Of a stretch of DNA of 23,059 bases, positions 9,664-19,200 are shown in pieces. The stretch covers positions 1 through 23,059 of the forward strand of contig NIVC01005186.1 in the NCBI GenBank assembly GCA_002269645.1, in the 5' to 3' direction. Made by a program: the position numbers and the translations under genes. This DNA is from Macrostomum lignano (lineage: Eukaryota). The first letter of the stretch is position 1; the number at the start of each line of letters is the position of its first letter. The notes below the pieces were generated by a model that was given only the letters and a program-made list of their open reading frames with translations, searched no databases and was not told the DNA's origin.

Positions 9664-10410
9664 GGCTCAAATGGTGCTTCATGTTGATATTTACCTTTAT
9701 TTATCTACAAGACTTTTTGAATCTGTCCAATGTACCTATTGCTGCTGATATATTATGTTTAGCAAAGACTTTCTTGTTTATCTGCTGCCCGTCTTCTAAC
9801 ACCTGCACTATTCCAGTGGGATGTAATTTTCTGCATCAGTGTGTTTCAGTCAATAATATTTTTCCCGATAAGGACTTGTGTCTTGTTATACTAGATTCTT
9901 GCCACCATGAATATAGCTTAATTTGGGATGACTTAAAAGCTGAGTAGGAACTGTTAAAACTGAGTAAGCACTACTAAGAATTGTATCTGTCGCGGATCAT
10001 TTTCAAAATATAGATCACTTGAACCAATTGCCATACAATAATTTGCTTATTGCTTGCTAGTTGTGTATCTTGTTTGATTTTTTGTTGACTGTTGTATAGT
10101 TAGAAAAAGGTAAAAATACAAGAAAACATTTTATATGTACTCAAATTTCAATTTTAATGACTTTTAACGTTTCACTTTCTATGCAGCTTTAATTTGAGTG
10201 TTATATAAATATAATAATGGAATGCAATTGTGCATATTGTACTAATTGTACATTATAAAATGCCCTGAATAGTAATCGATTCTGGTTAGAAAAAAATCCT
10301 CTCATGTGTTTATCGTCTTCCTTACATTAATTTTCTAATCTAAAAATTCAGAACATTGGCAAAAGCCATACATGCTACTCAGAGTAAACTGTGTGTCTAT
10401 CCACCAAAAG

Positions 10411-10633
10411 TAATTGCAATTGGATTACGCCAGAAATTGCATAAATTATAATTCAATTGGTCTAAATTGCAACACTTACAATCTGCATGTGCAAAATTGC
10501 TAAAATTGCAATTTTGATTGTAATCAGCTTATTCAAAATTGCAATTGACGTGCACACAATTGGCAATTATTGTACAATTTCGGCAAGTAGATTGCAATTT
10601 TCAACAATTTCTTGTAATTTTGGTTGACTAGGG
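10411..10633. repeat. Right subterminal AATTGCAAT repeats and TIR of the EnSpm-like element
   Basis: Roughly ten ATTG(C/T)AAT-type motifs preceding GGTTGACTAGGG. Confidence 0.7.
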
Positions 10634-10776
10634 AAGACTAATAAGAGAAAAAAAGACAAACTAGGCTATATTAGGCCAGGCTAATCTAACCAGACTCTAA
10701 TCAAACAACTATTATAAATGACACTTGTTATTTGCACAGTACCCTATAAATAGTATTGTCATTATTTACAAAGTAA

Positions 10777-11602
10777 CAAGCTGTTGAAACCCGCAGATTT
10801 TGAACCCGGGGAATTCCAATCCCCGGAACTACTTTTGCATGTATTCTAAATCTAAGGTCATGCACAAACAAAAACTTGTTAATAGTTAGTAGGAAAGAGG
10901 TAGACATAAAATGGACACATTCGTGTAAAATTAGGATTTGAAGCAAAAATTGATATTGTTGGCTGGGGTACTTCACAGAATGTCAGGCAATGTCTGTCTG
11001 ACTCTAAAACATGTATTGCTAAACTTTGGTCTCTCCCTGACTCTCCCTATGTCCCTTGGATCCTTTAAAATTTCTATCGTCTCTTCTGTTTCCTCTCTTC
11101 TCTCTCGTCCCTCGTCTCTCCTCTCTCTTCTCTCCTCTCTCCTCTCTTCTCTCATATCTTCCCTCATCTCTCTTCTCTTTCATCTCTCTTATCTCTTGTC
11201 TCTTCTCTCTACTCTCCTCTCTCTCTCTTCTCTACTTTTCGTTTCTCTCTTCTCTCCTCTCTCCTGTCTCCTCTCTACTTTTCGTTTTCTCTCTCCTCTC
11301 TCCTCTCTACTTTTTCGTTTTCTCTCTTCTACTCTCTCCCCCTCTTCTCTCGTCTCTTCCTTCTCCTCTCTATTCTTTTCTCTCTTCTCTTAACTCTCTC
11401 CTCTCTTCTCTCACCTCTTTCCTCTCTCTCTTTCCTCTCATCTCTTTTCTTGTTTTATCTCTTCTCTCTCCCCTCGTCACTCGTCTCTTCCCTCACCTCT
11501 CTTCTCTCTTGTCTGCGTTTTTATCTCTCCTTTCTCTTCTTTTATCTTTTCTCTCTTATCTCTTCTCGTTTCTCTCTGCTCTGCGCTCTCTCTCTCTCTC
11601 TG

Positions 11603-11667
<65 letters not shown>

Positions 11668-13714
11668 TCTCCTCTCCCATCTCTCTTCTCCTCTCTACTC
11701 TCTCCCCTCTTCATTCTCCTATTTCCTCTTCTCTCTCCCTGTCTCTCCTCTCTCCTCTAGTCTATGTAATCTCTTCTCTCTTATCTCTCCTCTGTTCTCT
11801 CTACTCTCCCATCTCTCGTCTGTTCACCCTCATCTCTGCTCTCTCATCTGTCATCTTTACTCTCTAATACGTTCTCTCACTTATCTCCTCTGTAATCTTC
11901 TCTTTCACCTCTTCTGACTCCTCTCTTTCCTTACTCCTCTCTTCTTTTCTCTTCCCTCTTCTATACTCTCTCTCTCCTCTATTATCTTCTCTCATCTCTC
12001 TGCACTCTCCTCTCACCTTTTTCATCTCTCATCTTTACTCTCTCATCTCTCCTTTCATTTGTCTCATCTCTACAATCTCATCTCTCCTTTCTCCCCTCTT
12101 CTTACACCCCTCTCTTATCTCTATCTCTTCTCTTCTCACTCCTCTCTCCCCCTCTTATCTCCTCTCTTCTCTATCCTTTCTACTCTCTCCTCTCCTCTTG
12201 ACCCTCTGTCATCTTCTTTCTGCTCTCTCATCTCTACTCTCTTCTCACTCTTCTTTACTCTCCTCTCATTGATCCTCTGTCTCATCTCTCCCCTCTTCTC
12301 ACCTTTACTCTTTTCTCACCTTTACTCTTTCCTCTCCCTCCTTTCTCCCCTCCTCTCGCTTCTTCCTCCCTTCTTTTCTGCTCTCTCCTCACCACTTGTC
12401 TCTCCTCTTATCTTCCATGTTTTCTCTAATCCCCCTCTCGCCTCTCCTCTCTTCTAATAGTCTATTCCTTCTCCTTTCCACTCTCATCTGGCCCGCACAT
12501 GAGCTGGATTCTTTATCTGGCTTTTGAAGTAAAAGTCTGCCAATCACTGCTTCGAAAGCCAGTTTGTGGGACGTACTACTCTCATCGTTATTCACATGCT
12601 TTGATCACGTCATCTTTCTTGCCAATTTGCAGCCCTGAAAGGAATTTGTGTAATCTTCAGCTCCACTGCAGTCTGGACTCTGGATCAGTCTAACAACCAA
12701 GGAAATACGCATTTCTTAGGAGGCCATTTAAAATTTACACACTACCTTTAAAAGAAACCTAAAATTTCCATGGTGTGGCTAATTTAGTAGGGTTGTATTG
12801 CACTGCATTGCCTTTTCATAAATCTTTCGCTTTTACAAACCATGCTGGATTCCCTCGATTTGCCAATTGCCATCCACTGTTAAACTGCTGCAGAGTTTGC
12901 CAATACAGAGGGGAGGGCAGTGGTTAGAATTTCTCACTAAACTGTTATGGCTAAACGTAGCCTCTCCACTCTCGGGGTGCGAGAAGGCTATAAATAAAGT
13001 TATTCCAAAACACTCTACATTTGCTATGTACATTCAGTCCTATTGCCTGACCCTTCGTCTGGCTCTGGGGGGAATGAGTGGAGTGAGTGAGTGGCACAAA
13101 CAACAGAAAAAGCAGACAAACTTCACATGCTTACAGTTTCTTTTTCGGTTGAGTTACAGAGTTGAAACTTTACATTTAGACAGAGAATGGGTCAATGAAG
13201 AATTGTGTCAAGTTTGAAGTCAATCGTTTTACGTGGAGCAAACTTAGGGCAGCTGAAAGTTAGTCAATTTTGAAACCCTTTTACACATCTGGGCCCAGAT
13301 CGGGAAAGAGAGGCAGGCAGGCGGAGGTTGGGGTGGCTGTCTCGCTGAAAAAAACAGCCTAACTTTAAAAGTGCACAGCGCCGTTCAGGATTAACTTTGA
13401 GATTTAAAATTTTACACGATTGTGTCAAAATAGTTAAAAATTGCCTGTGTCAAATTTGAAGAGAATCGGTAGAAGTGGAGTGGCGCTATGGAGGATTTAG
13501 TAAAAAAATCGCGCATTTTGAGCAGTTTTTTGTACTTTTAGGTAGGAAGACTTGAGTCTAGGAAATTTAAAGGTAGCCTAAGACATTCTCCGTAGTAAGT
13601 TTAGGGTGGGTATAAAATTTGGTGTCATTTGGTTGAGCGGTTTGGGAGTCCATAGCGATCAAAATTGTCCACACACAGACACACACACAGAGTTTTGATT
13701 TTTATATGTAGAGA
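10777..13714 (-). mobile_element. Putative non-autonomous Helitron-like element (about 2.9 kb)
   Basis: On the minus strand it begins A|TCTCTACATATA next to a (GT)-type microsatellite (13670-13690) and ends CTTG|T with a GC-rich hairpin CCGGGGA/TCCCCGG (10806-10826) upstream; A|T target with no TSD; AAATTT...AATCG-type modules at 13204, 13446 and 13611. The end is CTTG rather than canonical CTRR. Confidence 0.5.
11071..12488. repeat. Degenerate CT-rich (homopyrimidine-biased) tract of about 1.4 kb with a perfect (TC)27 core at 11611-11664
   Basis: Directly visible; the plus strand is nearly devoid of purines. Confidence 0.95.
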
Positions 13715-14802
13715 TTAAAAAAAGACTAATATATAAACTAGTTTTATAAACTGTATAGTACATATAACTATGGTCTAATTATATTTGACCACAAATCTAC
13801 ATGTATCTTTTTAAAAGCAAATAAGTTGCATTGTTGTTTGTTTCTTTTAAAACACCCTTTTGTATTCTGCATCATAAATAGTATGCAAGTACAAAGCTAA
13901 TAAAAAATGCTAAGCTATCAACACATAAAATCAAGCCTAAACTCTATTTACCAACTTTAGAAGTTTAGTTAGTTAAAATTCATTATGAAAATATAAGATA
14001 CAGGGAAAATATTGAGTAGTCCCTGATAGGATAATTATTTAAAAGGTATTTTTTCAGTTACTGTGTAAATAACACTGGCAATATTTACATGGTAGGCCCT
14101 ACTGTGCAAATAAATAACAACTGCTATTATAAATACCATTACCACTGTCCTTAATATTAAAATAAATGGTTTACTTGGATTGCTTTGCTAAAGTCAAAAT
14201 ATCAAAGAGAAGTCAAAGAGAAATAGCAATAGCTTAGAGTAAAGCATTTTATTATTAGATTTCAAATTGTAAGATATTGAATTATACTTAAAAAAATATT
14301 AGACTTATCACTTAGTCTTAGACTGCTGCCTAGCTAACATTAACAACTAATGAAAAAATCTATTTGTTCAGTCCCCAATCAGTTTGTCATTACTCATAAT
14401 CTGCCATTTTGTCATCTTAATAATTTAGCATTTTTACTAACTGAAGACCAGAAGAGCGTCACAAAAGCAGTTTGATCGTGTGTACTCCAGACTCCGGATT
14501 GTATACATGTACGCCGGAAAATTCCGGCGTACAGAGGGACCTAGATTACACATTGGCGTACAACTTGGCGTACAAAGGCGCCTGGCGTGCCCTCTTGGCG
14601 TACGGCTTGGCGTATAGAGATTGCCGAGACCAGCAGGTGGGACCAAAAGTTCCGAGTCCCAACAATCAATCTACATAATTAGCATACAAAAATGATTAAG
14701 TTTGCATTTGGCATAGTTTCCATGTACATAGTTACAGTAAATATACAGTAGCTAAATTTTGATCAGAAAGAATGGCTGGCCCTTTACGAAAAAAACGGAA
14801 AA

Positions 14803-15139
14803 TGTAATAGTGCTCAATTTGCGTGCGCGTGCACTTCTAGTGTTTTCTCCGTATTTCTTTCTGCGTCACCCCACCCCTGCGTATAGCCTTTTCTAGAAAT
14901 TTCTTTTTGTTTCTGATTGGCTGAAAACGCGTGAATAACGAGCCCCAACCAATAGAGTGCTTAGTGCCTACCCTATCGGCGAAATCCGATTGGTTAGGAT
15001 TTTCTAAGCTGCGTTTTTCACCCTGCCCTCCCCCATCGCGGTCAGTCTATTTAATCAAGCAAGCTGGAACGCAAATAAATCAAGTTTTTCTCTGACTAAA
15101 GAAGTCCCGGCAGTTAAAACTCAAGAATACGCGGCTACA
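14803..15139 (+). repeat. 5' LTR (337 bp)
   Basis: TGTAATAG...GGCTACA; no differences from 20723-21059 by eye. Confidence 0.97.
14916..15079 (+). promoter_or_regulatory. LTR promoter/polyadenylation signals: three CCAAT boxes, TATA-like TATTTAA, AATAAA
   Basis: ATTGG 14916-14920, CCAAT 14949-14953, ATTGG 14989-14993, TATTTAA 15048-15054, AATAAA 15074-15079. Confidence 0.6.
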
Positions 15140-15140
15140 T

Positions 15141-15155
15141 TGGCGACCACGCCAG
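15141..15155 (+). other. Primer-binding site, probably tRNA-Arg
   Basis: TGGCGACCACGCCAG one base after the LTR; its complement reads as a tRNA 3' end (CTGG-CGTGGTC-G-CCA). tRNA identity is inferred. Confidence 0.75.
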
Positions 15156-15163
15156 TTTTCCAC

Positions 15164-16288
15164 ATGTGGAATAACGACGACTACCTGGAACTACGTGGAC
15201 GTCTCGTCGGACGACGGCGCAACGCAGGCGACGAGGCAGCTTCCGTTTCTACAGAGTCTACGAACGCGTCCAACCCCTTCGTGTCGATGACCACAGTCAG
15301 CGAAGCCACAAATCCCTTCCTCGTTGCCAACGACCTTCAGAGGGCACACTCGGCGGAAGTCTCAACCAACCCGTTCCTTGAAGACATCGACCAAGCGTCA
15401 GGGCAGGCCTCAGCAATGCAGCAGTACGCCTATCCTCCAGCTCACGGATACGCAGCGCTGCCAGACTACAATCCAGTACCGGCTCTTCCGCCAGTACCTA
15501 AGCCTGCACCGTACAACGGTCGGGAGGATTTCGACGACTTTCTCATCAGGATCAGCGCCTATATTAGCCGGTTCCCAGGCCTTCGAGACGCCGACAAGAT
15601 CAACACCCTGACTGCGTTCCTCGGACCGGCTTTTGCAACGTACACCACCTGGCTGGCGATCCAGTGTGCCTACGTCGGACTGCCACCGGGGACAACCCTG
15701 GACCAGCTACCTGGTGTCCGCTATGAGGGCCTCGTTGAACACCTCCGGTCTCGTCACGGCGGGGCCAAGAGTGCAGCGTTACTTCGCCGCGAGTTCCGTG
15801 CTCGGCAGCGTCGACCAGAGGAGAGCTTCGAAACGTACCTGACGGAGCTTCAACGGCTAGCTGCAAGGGCATACCCGGACCCAAGAGCTCAGGCTTACGT
15901 CCAACAGACAGTTAGCGAGCAGTTCATGCATGGTCTCAATGACGGCTACGTCACCGAGCGACTACTGAATCAACCAACACCACCAAGCACTGTGGAGCAG
16001 GTTCTACGAATAGCCCAGCAGCTTCGAGAAACCCGGGCCTACATGGATGCTGGCCGTGGCGAAATCCAGCCCCAGCAACCGAGACCACCACAGAGCCAAC
16101 TTTCAGCGCCACCGAAACCACTAATGCCTCAGCAGCCTGCCTCATCTGGCGGTCGAGGACAGCAACGACAGCAATCACCGGCTAGTTCCAACTGTTTCGG
16201 CTGCGGTCAGCCGGGCCACATCCGACGCAATTGCCCAAACGCCGAGGGGGCTGGTTCACGAGGCCAGCACCGGCCCTCTCAGCACTAA
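15164..16288 (+). CDS. gag: Gag polyprotein with a single CCHC zinc knuckle
   Basis: First ATG at 15164 (the ORF track starts at a TTG overlapping the PBS); PKPAPYNG...F, QRRPEESFETYLTELQRLA capsid-type motifs; CFGCGQPGHIRRNC. Confidence 0.92.
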   Translation: MWNNDDYLELRGRLVGRRRNAGDEAASVSTESTNASNPFVSMTTVSEATNPFLVANDLQRAHSAEVSTNPFLEDIDQASGQASAMQQYAYPPAHGYAALPDYNPVPALPPVPKPAPYNGREDFDDFLIRISAYISRFPGLRDADKINTLTAFLGPAFATYTTWLAIQCAYVGLPPGTTLDQLPGVRYEGLVEHLRSRHGGAKSAALLRREFRARQRRPEESFETYLTELQRLAARAYPDPRAQAYVQQTVSEQFMHGLNDGYVTERLLNQPTPPSTVEQVLRIAQQLRETRAYMDAGRGEIQPQQPRPPQSQLSAPPKPLMPQQPASSGGRGQQRQQSPASSNCFGCGQPGHIRRNCPNAEGAGSRGQHRPSQH

Positions 16289-19200
16289 CGCATTCGGCCT
16301 CAACACCACGCCTCAGCAGCTGCCAGCCTGGCCAGGTGCGCTTCGTCACAGCGCGCATCCTTAGACGACGGCGCCACTGTCTGATCGACACCGGGGCAGA
16401 GGTGTCCTGCATCAGCGATGACATATGTAAGAAAGCTAGGCGGCGGCTGCAGCCCAGCAGCATCATCATAAGAGGCGTGGATGGCAACCTACAGTCTGTG
16501 CTGGGCGAGACTACTTTGGCAGTGACTCTGGGAACCGTACAAGTCCATCATCGTTTCGTCGTACTCGAGAAGCTTCACCCGACGTCCGTCATCCTGGGCT
16601 GTGACTTCCTCAGTGAACACGACGTCTCGGTCCATCTCCAAGCCGGTTGCATCACTTTCAACAGCCTAGGCGTGTCGATTCCAGCTCGAAAAAGTAAAGA
16701 GGCAGCACAGACCTGCAAGCTCGTATCAGCGGCCTCCGTGCAGCTGCAGCCAGGGGAGCGCTGGATAATCCCCGTTAAACCAGCAAAGTCGGCCTCGTGG
16801 ACGCGATCGGAGTGTCCAGGAGTCGTCACCGGCACAAGATCACAGGGGCTCCTGGTGGGTCGTTGTGTTGCCAAGCTGGTCGAGAGAGGCATGGGCCTAG
16901 CAGTCATCAACGTCGACGACCACACGGTCAACATCAGCGACGGCGACATTGTTGGCATCTTTTCCCCGCTAGGAAGTCAGCCATTCGTTCAGCAATCGGG
17001 TGCCGCTGGCAGCACGGCGGCGACGGCCGCTGGCAGCACGGCGGCGACGGCCACTGGCAGCACGGCGGCGACGGCCGCTGGCAGCACGGCGGCGACGGCC
17101 GCTGGCAGCACGGCGGCGACGGCCGCTGGCAGCACGGCGGCGACGGCCACTGGCAGCACGGCGGCGACGGCCACTGGCAGCACGGCGGCGACGGCCGCTG
17201 GCAGCACGGCGGCGACGGCCGCTGGCAGCACGGCGGCGACGGCCGCTGGCAGCACGGCGGCGACGGCCGCTGGCAGCACGGCGGCGACGGCCGCTGGCAG
17301 CACGGCGGCGACGGTCGCGGTCAGCACGGCTACATCAACAACAGCTTTAGCGACGGACTTACCTCGCACCAACTGGCTGAACGACGTGCACATCGAAAGC
17401 TCTATCTCCGTCGAAGAGCAACAGTCGGTCAAGGATTTGCTGTTAGAGTTCAGCACCGTTTTTGCATCCCCTGGCAATGCTGGTCGAACTGCAGTCCTGC
17501 AGCATCGCATCGACACCGGCGGGGCAAGGCCGATCCGGCAGGGTTTGCGGCGTGCAGCGCGTCCAGTCATCGACAAGCAGGCCGAATTGATCGACGACAT
17601 GCTGACCAAAGGAGTAATCCGGCCGTCTTCATCGCCTTGGGCTTCGCCAATCGTGCTTGTTCGTAAGAAGGACGGGACAGCGCGCTTTTGCTTAGACTAT
17701 CGACTGCTCAATGAGGTCACCAAGCCGGACGCTTTTCCAATTCCGAGGATCGACGACACACTCGATGCGCTGCAAGGCAACGCCTACTTCTCGGCACTCG
17801 ATCTGGAGAGTGGCTACTGGCAGGTTGAGGTCGAGGAGCGCGACAAAGAGAAAACTGCTTTCATCTGCCATCAAGGCCTCTTCGAGTTCAACGTCATGCC
17901 GTTTGGTCTGCGCAATGCCCCGGCAACCTTTCAACGCCTCATGCAGCTGGTGCTCCAAGGCCTGACCTGGCAAGCGTGCCTGGTCTTCATCGACGACGTT
18001 ATTGTCATGGGCCGGACTATCGAGGAGCACAACTATCGGCTGCGGGCGGTGTTCGAGCGGCTGCGGGACGCGAACCTACGCTTGAAGCCATCTAAATGCC
18101 ATTTCGCCAACACCACGATGATCGTCTTGGGCCATCGAGTTTCCAAGTCGGGTATCACCGTCGACGAGTCAAAGACTGCTGCGATCCGAGACTGGCCTAC
18201 ACCCCGAACTTCCAAGGAGGTCAAGAGCTTCCTAGGTCTCGCAGCCTACTATAGACGGTTCATTCGGGATTATTCAAAGATCGCCGAGCCGCTACGACGC
18301 CTGACGGTTCCGACAGAAAGGTTTCAGTGGACGTCCAAGGCCCAAGAAGCATTCGACCAACTGAAGGCAACACTGACCTCTGCTCCAATCCTCGCCTTCC
18401 CGGATACTAGTGCGACCAGCTCGGAGTTCATTCTGGACACTGACGCCAGCGACTGCGCCATTGGTGCGGTACTCTCTCAACTGCAGGCGGGCGAAGAACG
18501 AGTCATCGCGTACTCCAGCAGAGCACTAACAAAAGCCGAGCGCAACTACTGTGTAACGAGGCGGGAGCTGCTGTCCGTCGTTGAGCATGTCAGGAAGTTC
18601 CGGAATTACCTGCTGCCTCGGAAGTTCACCGTGCGGGTCGATCATCAGTCTCTAACGCACCTGCTGACATTCAAGGAGCCCGAAGGTCAACTCGCGCGGT
18701 GGCTGCAGACGCTAGACGAGTTCGACTTCAGAGTACTCTATCGGCCGGGCCGTCAACACAACAACGCCGATGCGCTGTCCCGTCAGCAGCAGCGCTGTAC
18801 CAACCAGTGTCGGGTGTGTCGACCAACAAATGAGACCACCAGCAGGACGACATCCTCGGTTGCCTGCCAGACCGACGCCAACAGTGATGCCGCCGCTGCC
18901 GCCCAGATCAACGCAGCGACCATCAAGCTAGTGTCGACGGCTACCGACGAAGCTGTTCAGACCGACAATGTGCATGTCTGCGTCGGCACCGTGCCATCAA
19001 GGCGCAAGCAAATCCATCAGCCCCGGTCGGACGACAGCGAAGAAAGCAGCAGCAGCGAGGACGACACCAACGAAGATGAATCCGCAGCGCCAGCGGCAGA
19101 CAACAGGCCACCGACGCTACGTATGCTTCAGCTGCAGGATCCGGTTATCAGTCCGGTGTTCCGACTGCTGGCCGACGGCAAGACTAGGTTTACCGACCGA

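Larger units (their letters stand above)
8877..9708 (-). mobile_element. Penelope-like/retrozyme-type foldback insertion (two inverted arms of about 350 bp, 104-bp spacer, 26-29-nt unpaired tail)
   Basis: Arms 8903-9252 and 9357-9708 are reverse complements (6 substitutions and 2 one-base indels by eye); flanked by direct repeat TACAAGACTTTTT (8864-8876, 9706-9718); a hammerhead core in each arm. PLE assignment is inference. Confidence 0.7.
7385..9947 (+). pseudogene. CMC-EnSpm/CACTA (Tnp2-like) DDE transposase, 5'-truncated, at least three frameshifts, interrupted by the 8877-9718 insertion
   Basis: Ordered family motifs across frames: LSTDG...SLWPVQAQILNLP; FQPEN...GAKKP; FDLPA...KQFNGEFGCLYC; DSLH; SWKAKD; NFHLLCHL / FGPL...SMFSFE. 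Frameshifts near 7541-7550, 7649-7656 and 8426-8428. The frame continues after 9718. Confidence 0.85.
2963..10633 (+). mobile_element. Decayed CMC-EnSpm (CACTA-like) DNA transposon, 7671 bp including nested insertions
   Basis: 12-bp TIRs CCCTAGACAACC (2963-2974) / GGTTGACTAGGG (10622-10633), 11/12 match; 2-bp AA duplication on both sides; many subterminal ATTG(C/T)AAT motifs at both ends; EnSpm-type transposase remnant inside. Confidence 0.75.

Noticed and set aside
9639-9947. 102-aa ORF as a stand-alone gene
   Set aside because: Chimera of foldback arm sequence and the displaced C-terminus of the transposase.
10938-12595. Several Leu/Ser-rich or Arg/Glu-rich ORFs
   Set aside because: By-products of the CT tract, which lacks stop codons.
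14437-14678. Two short ORFs left of the LTR, and 21197-21394 on the right
   Set aside because: They overlap MITE subterminal repeats and have no recognisable motifs.
17002-17313. Thr-Ala-Ala periodicity resembling antifreeze glycoprotein
   Set aside because: The unit is 8 aa with Gly-Ser, lies inside a cytosolic Pol polyprotein and has no signal peptide; the resemblance is superficial.
17986-17997. FIDD instead of YxDD as an inactivating or novel RT change
   Set aside because: FxDD is a known natural variant in Ty3/Gypsy RTs, and both catalytic aspartates are intact.
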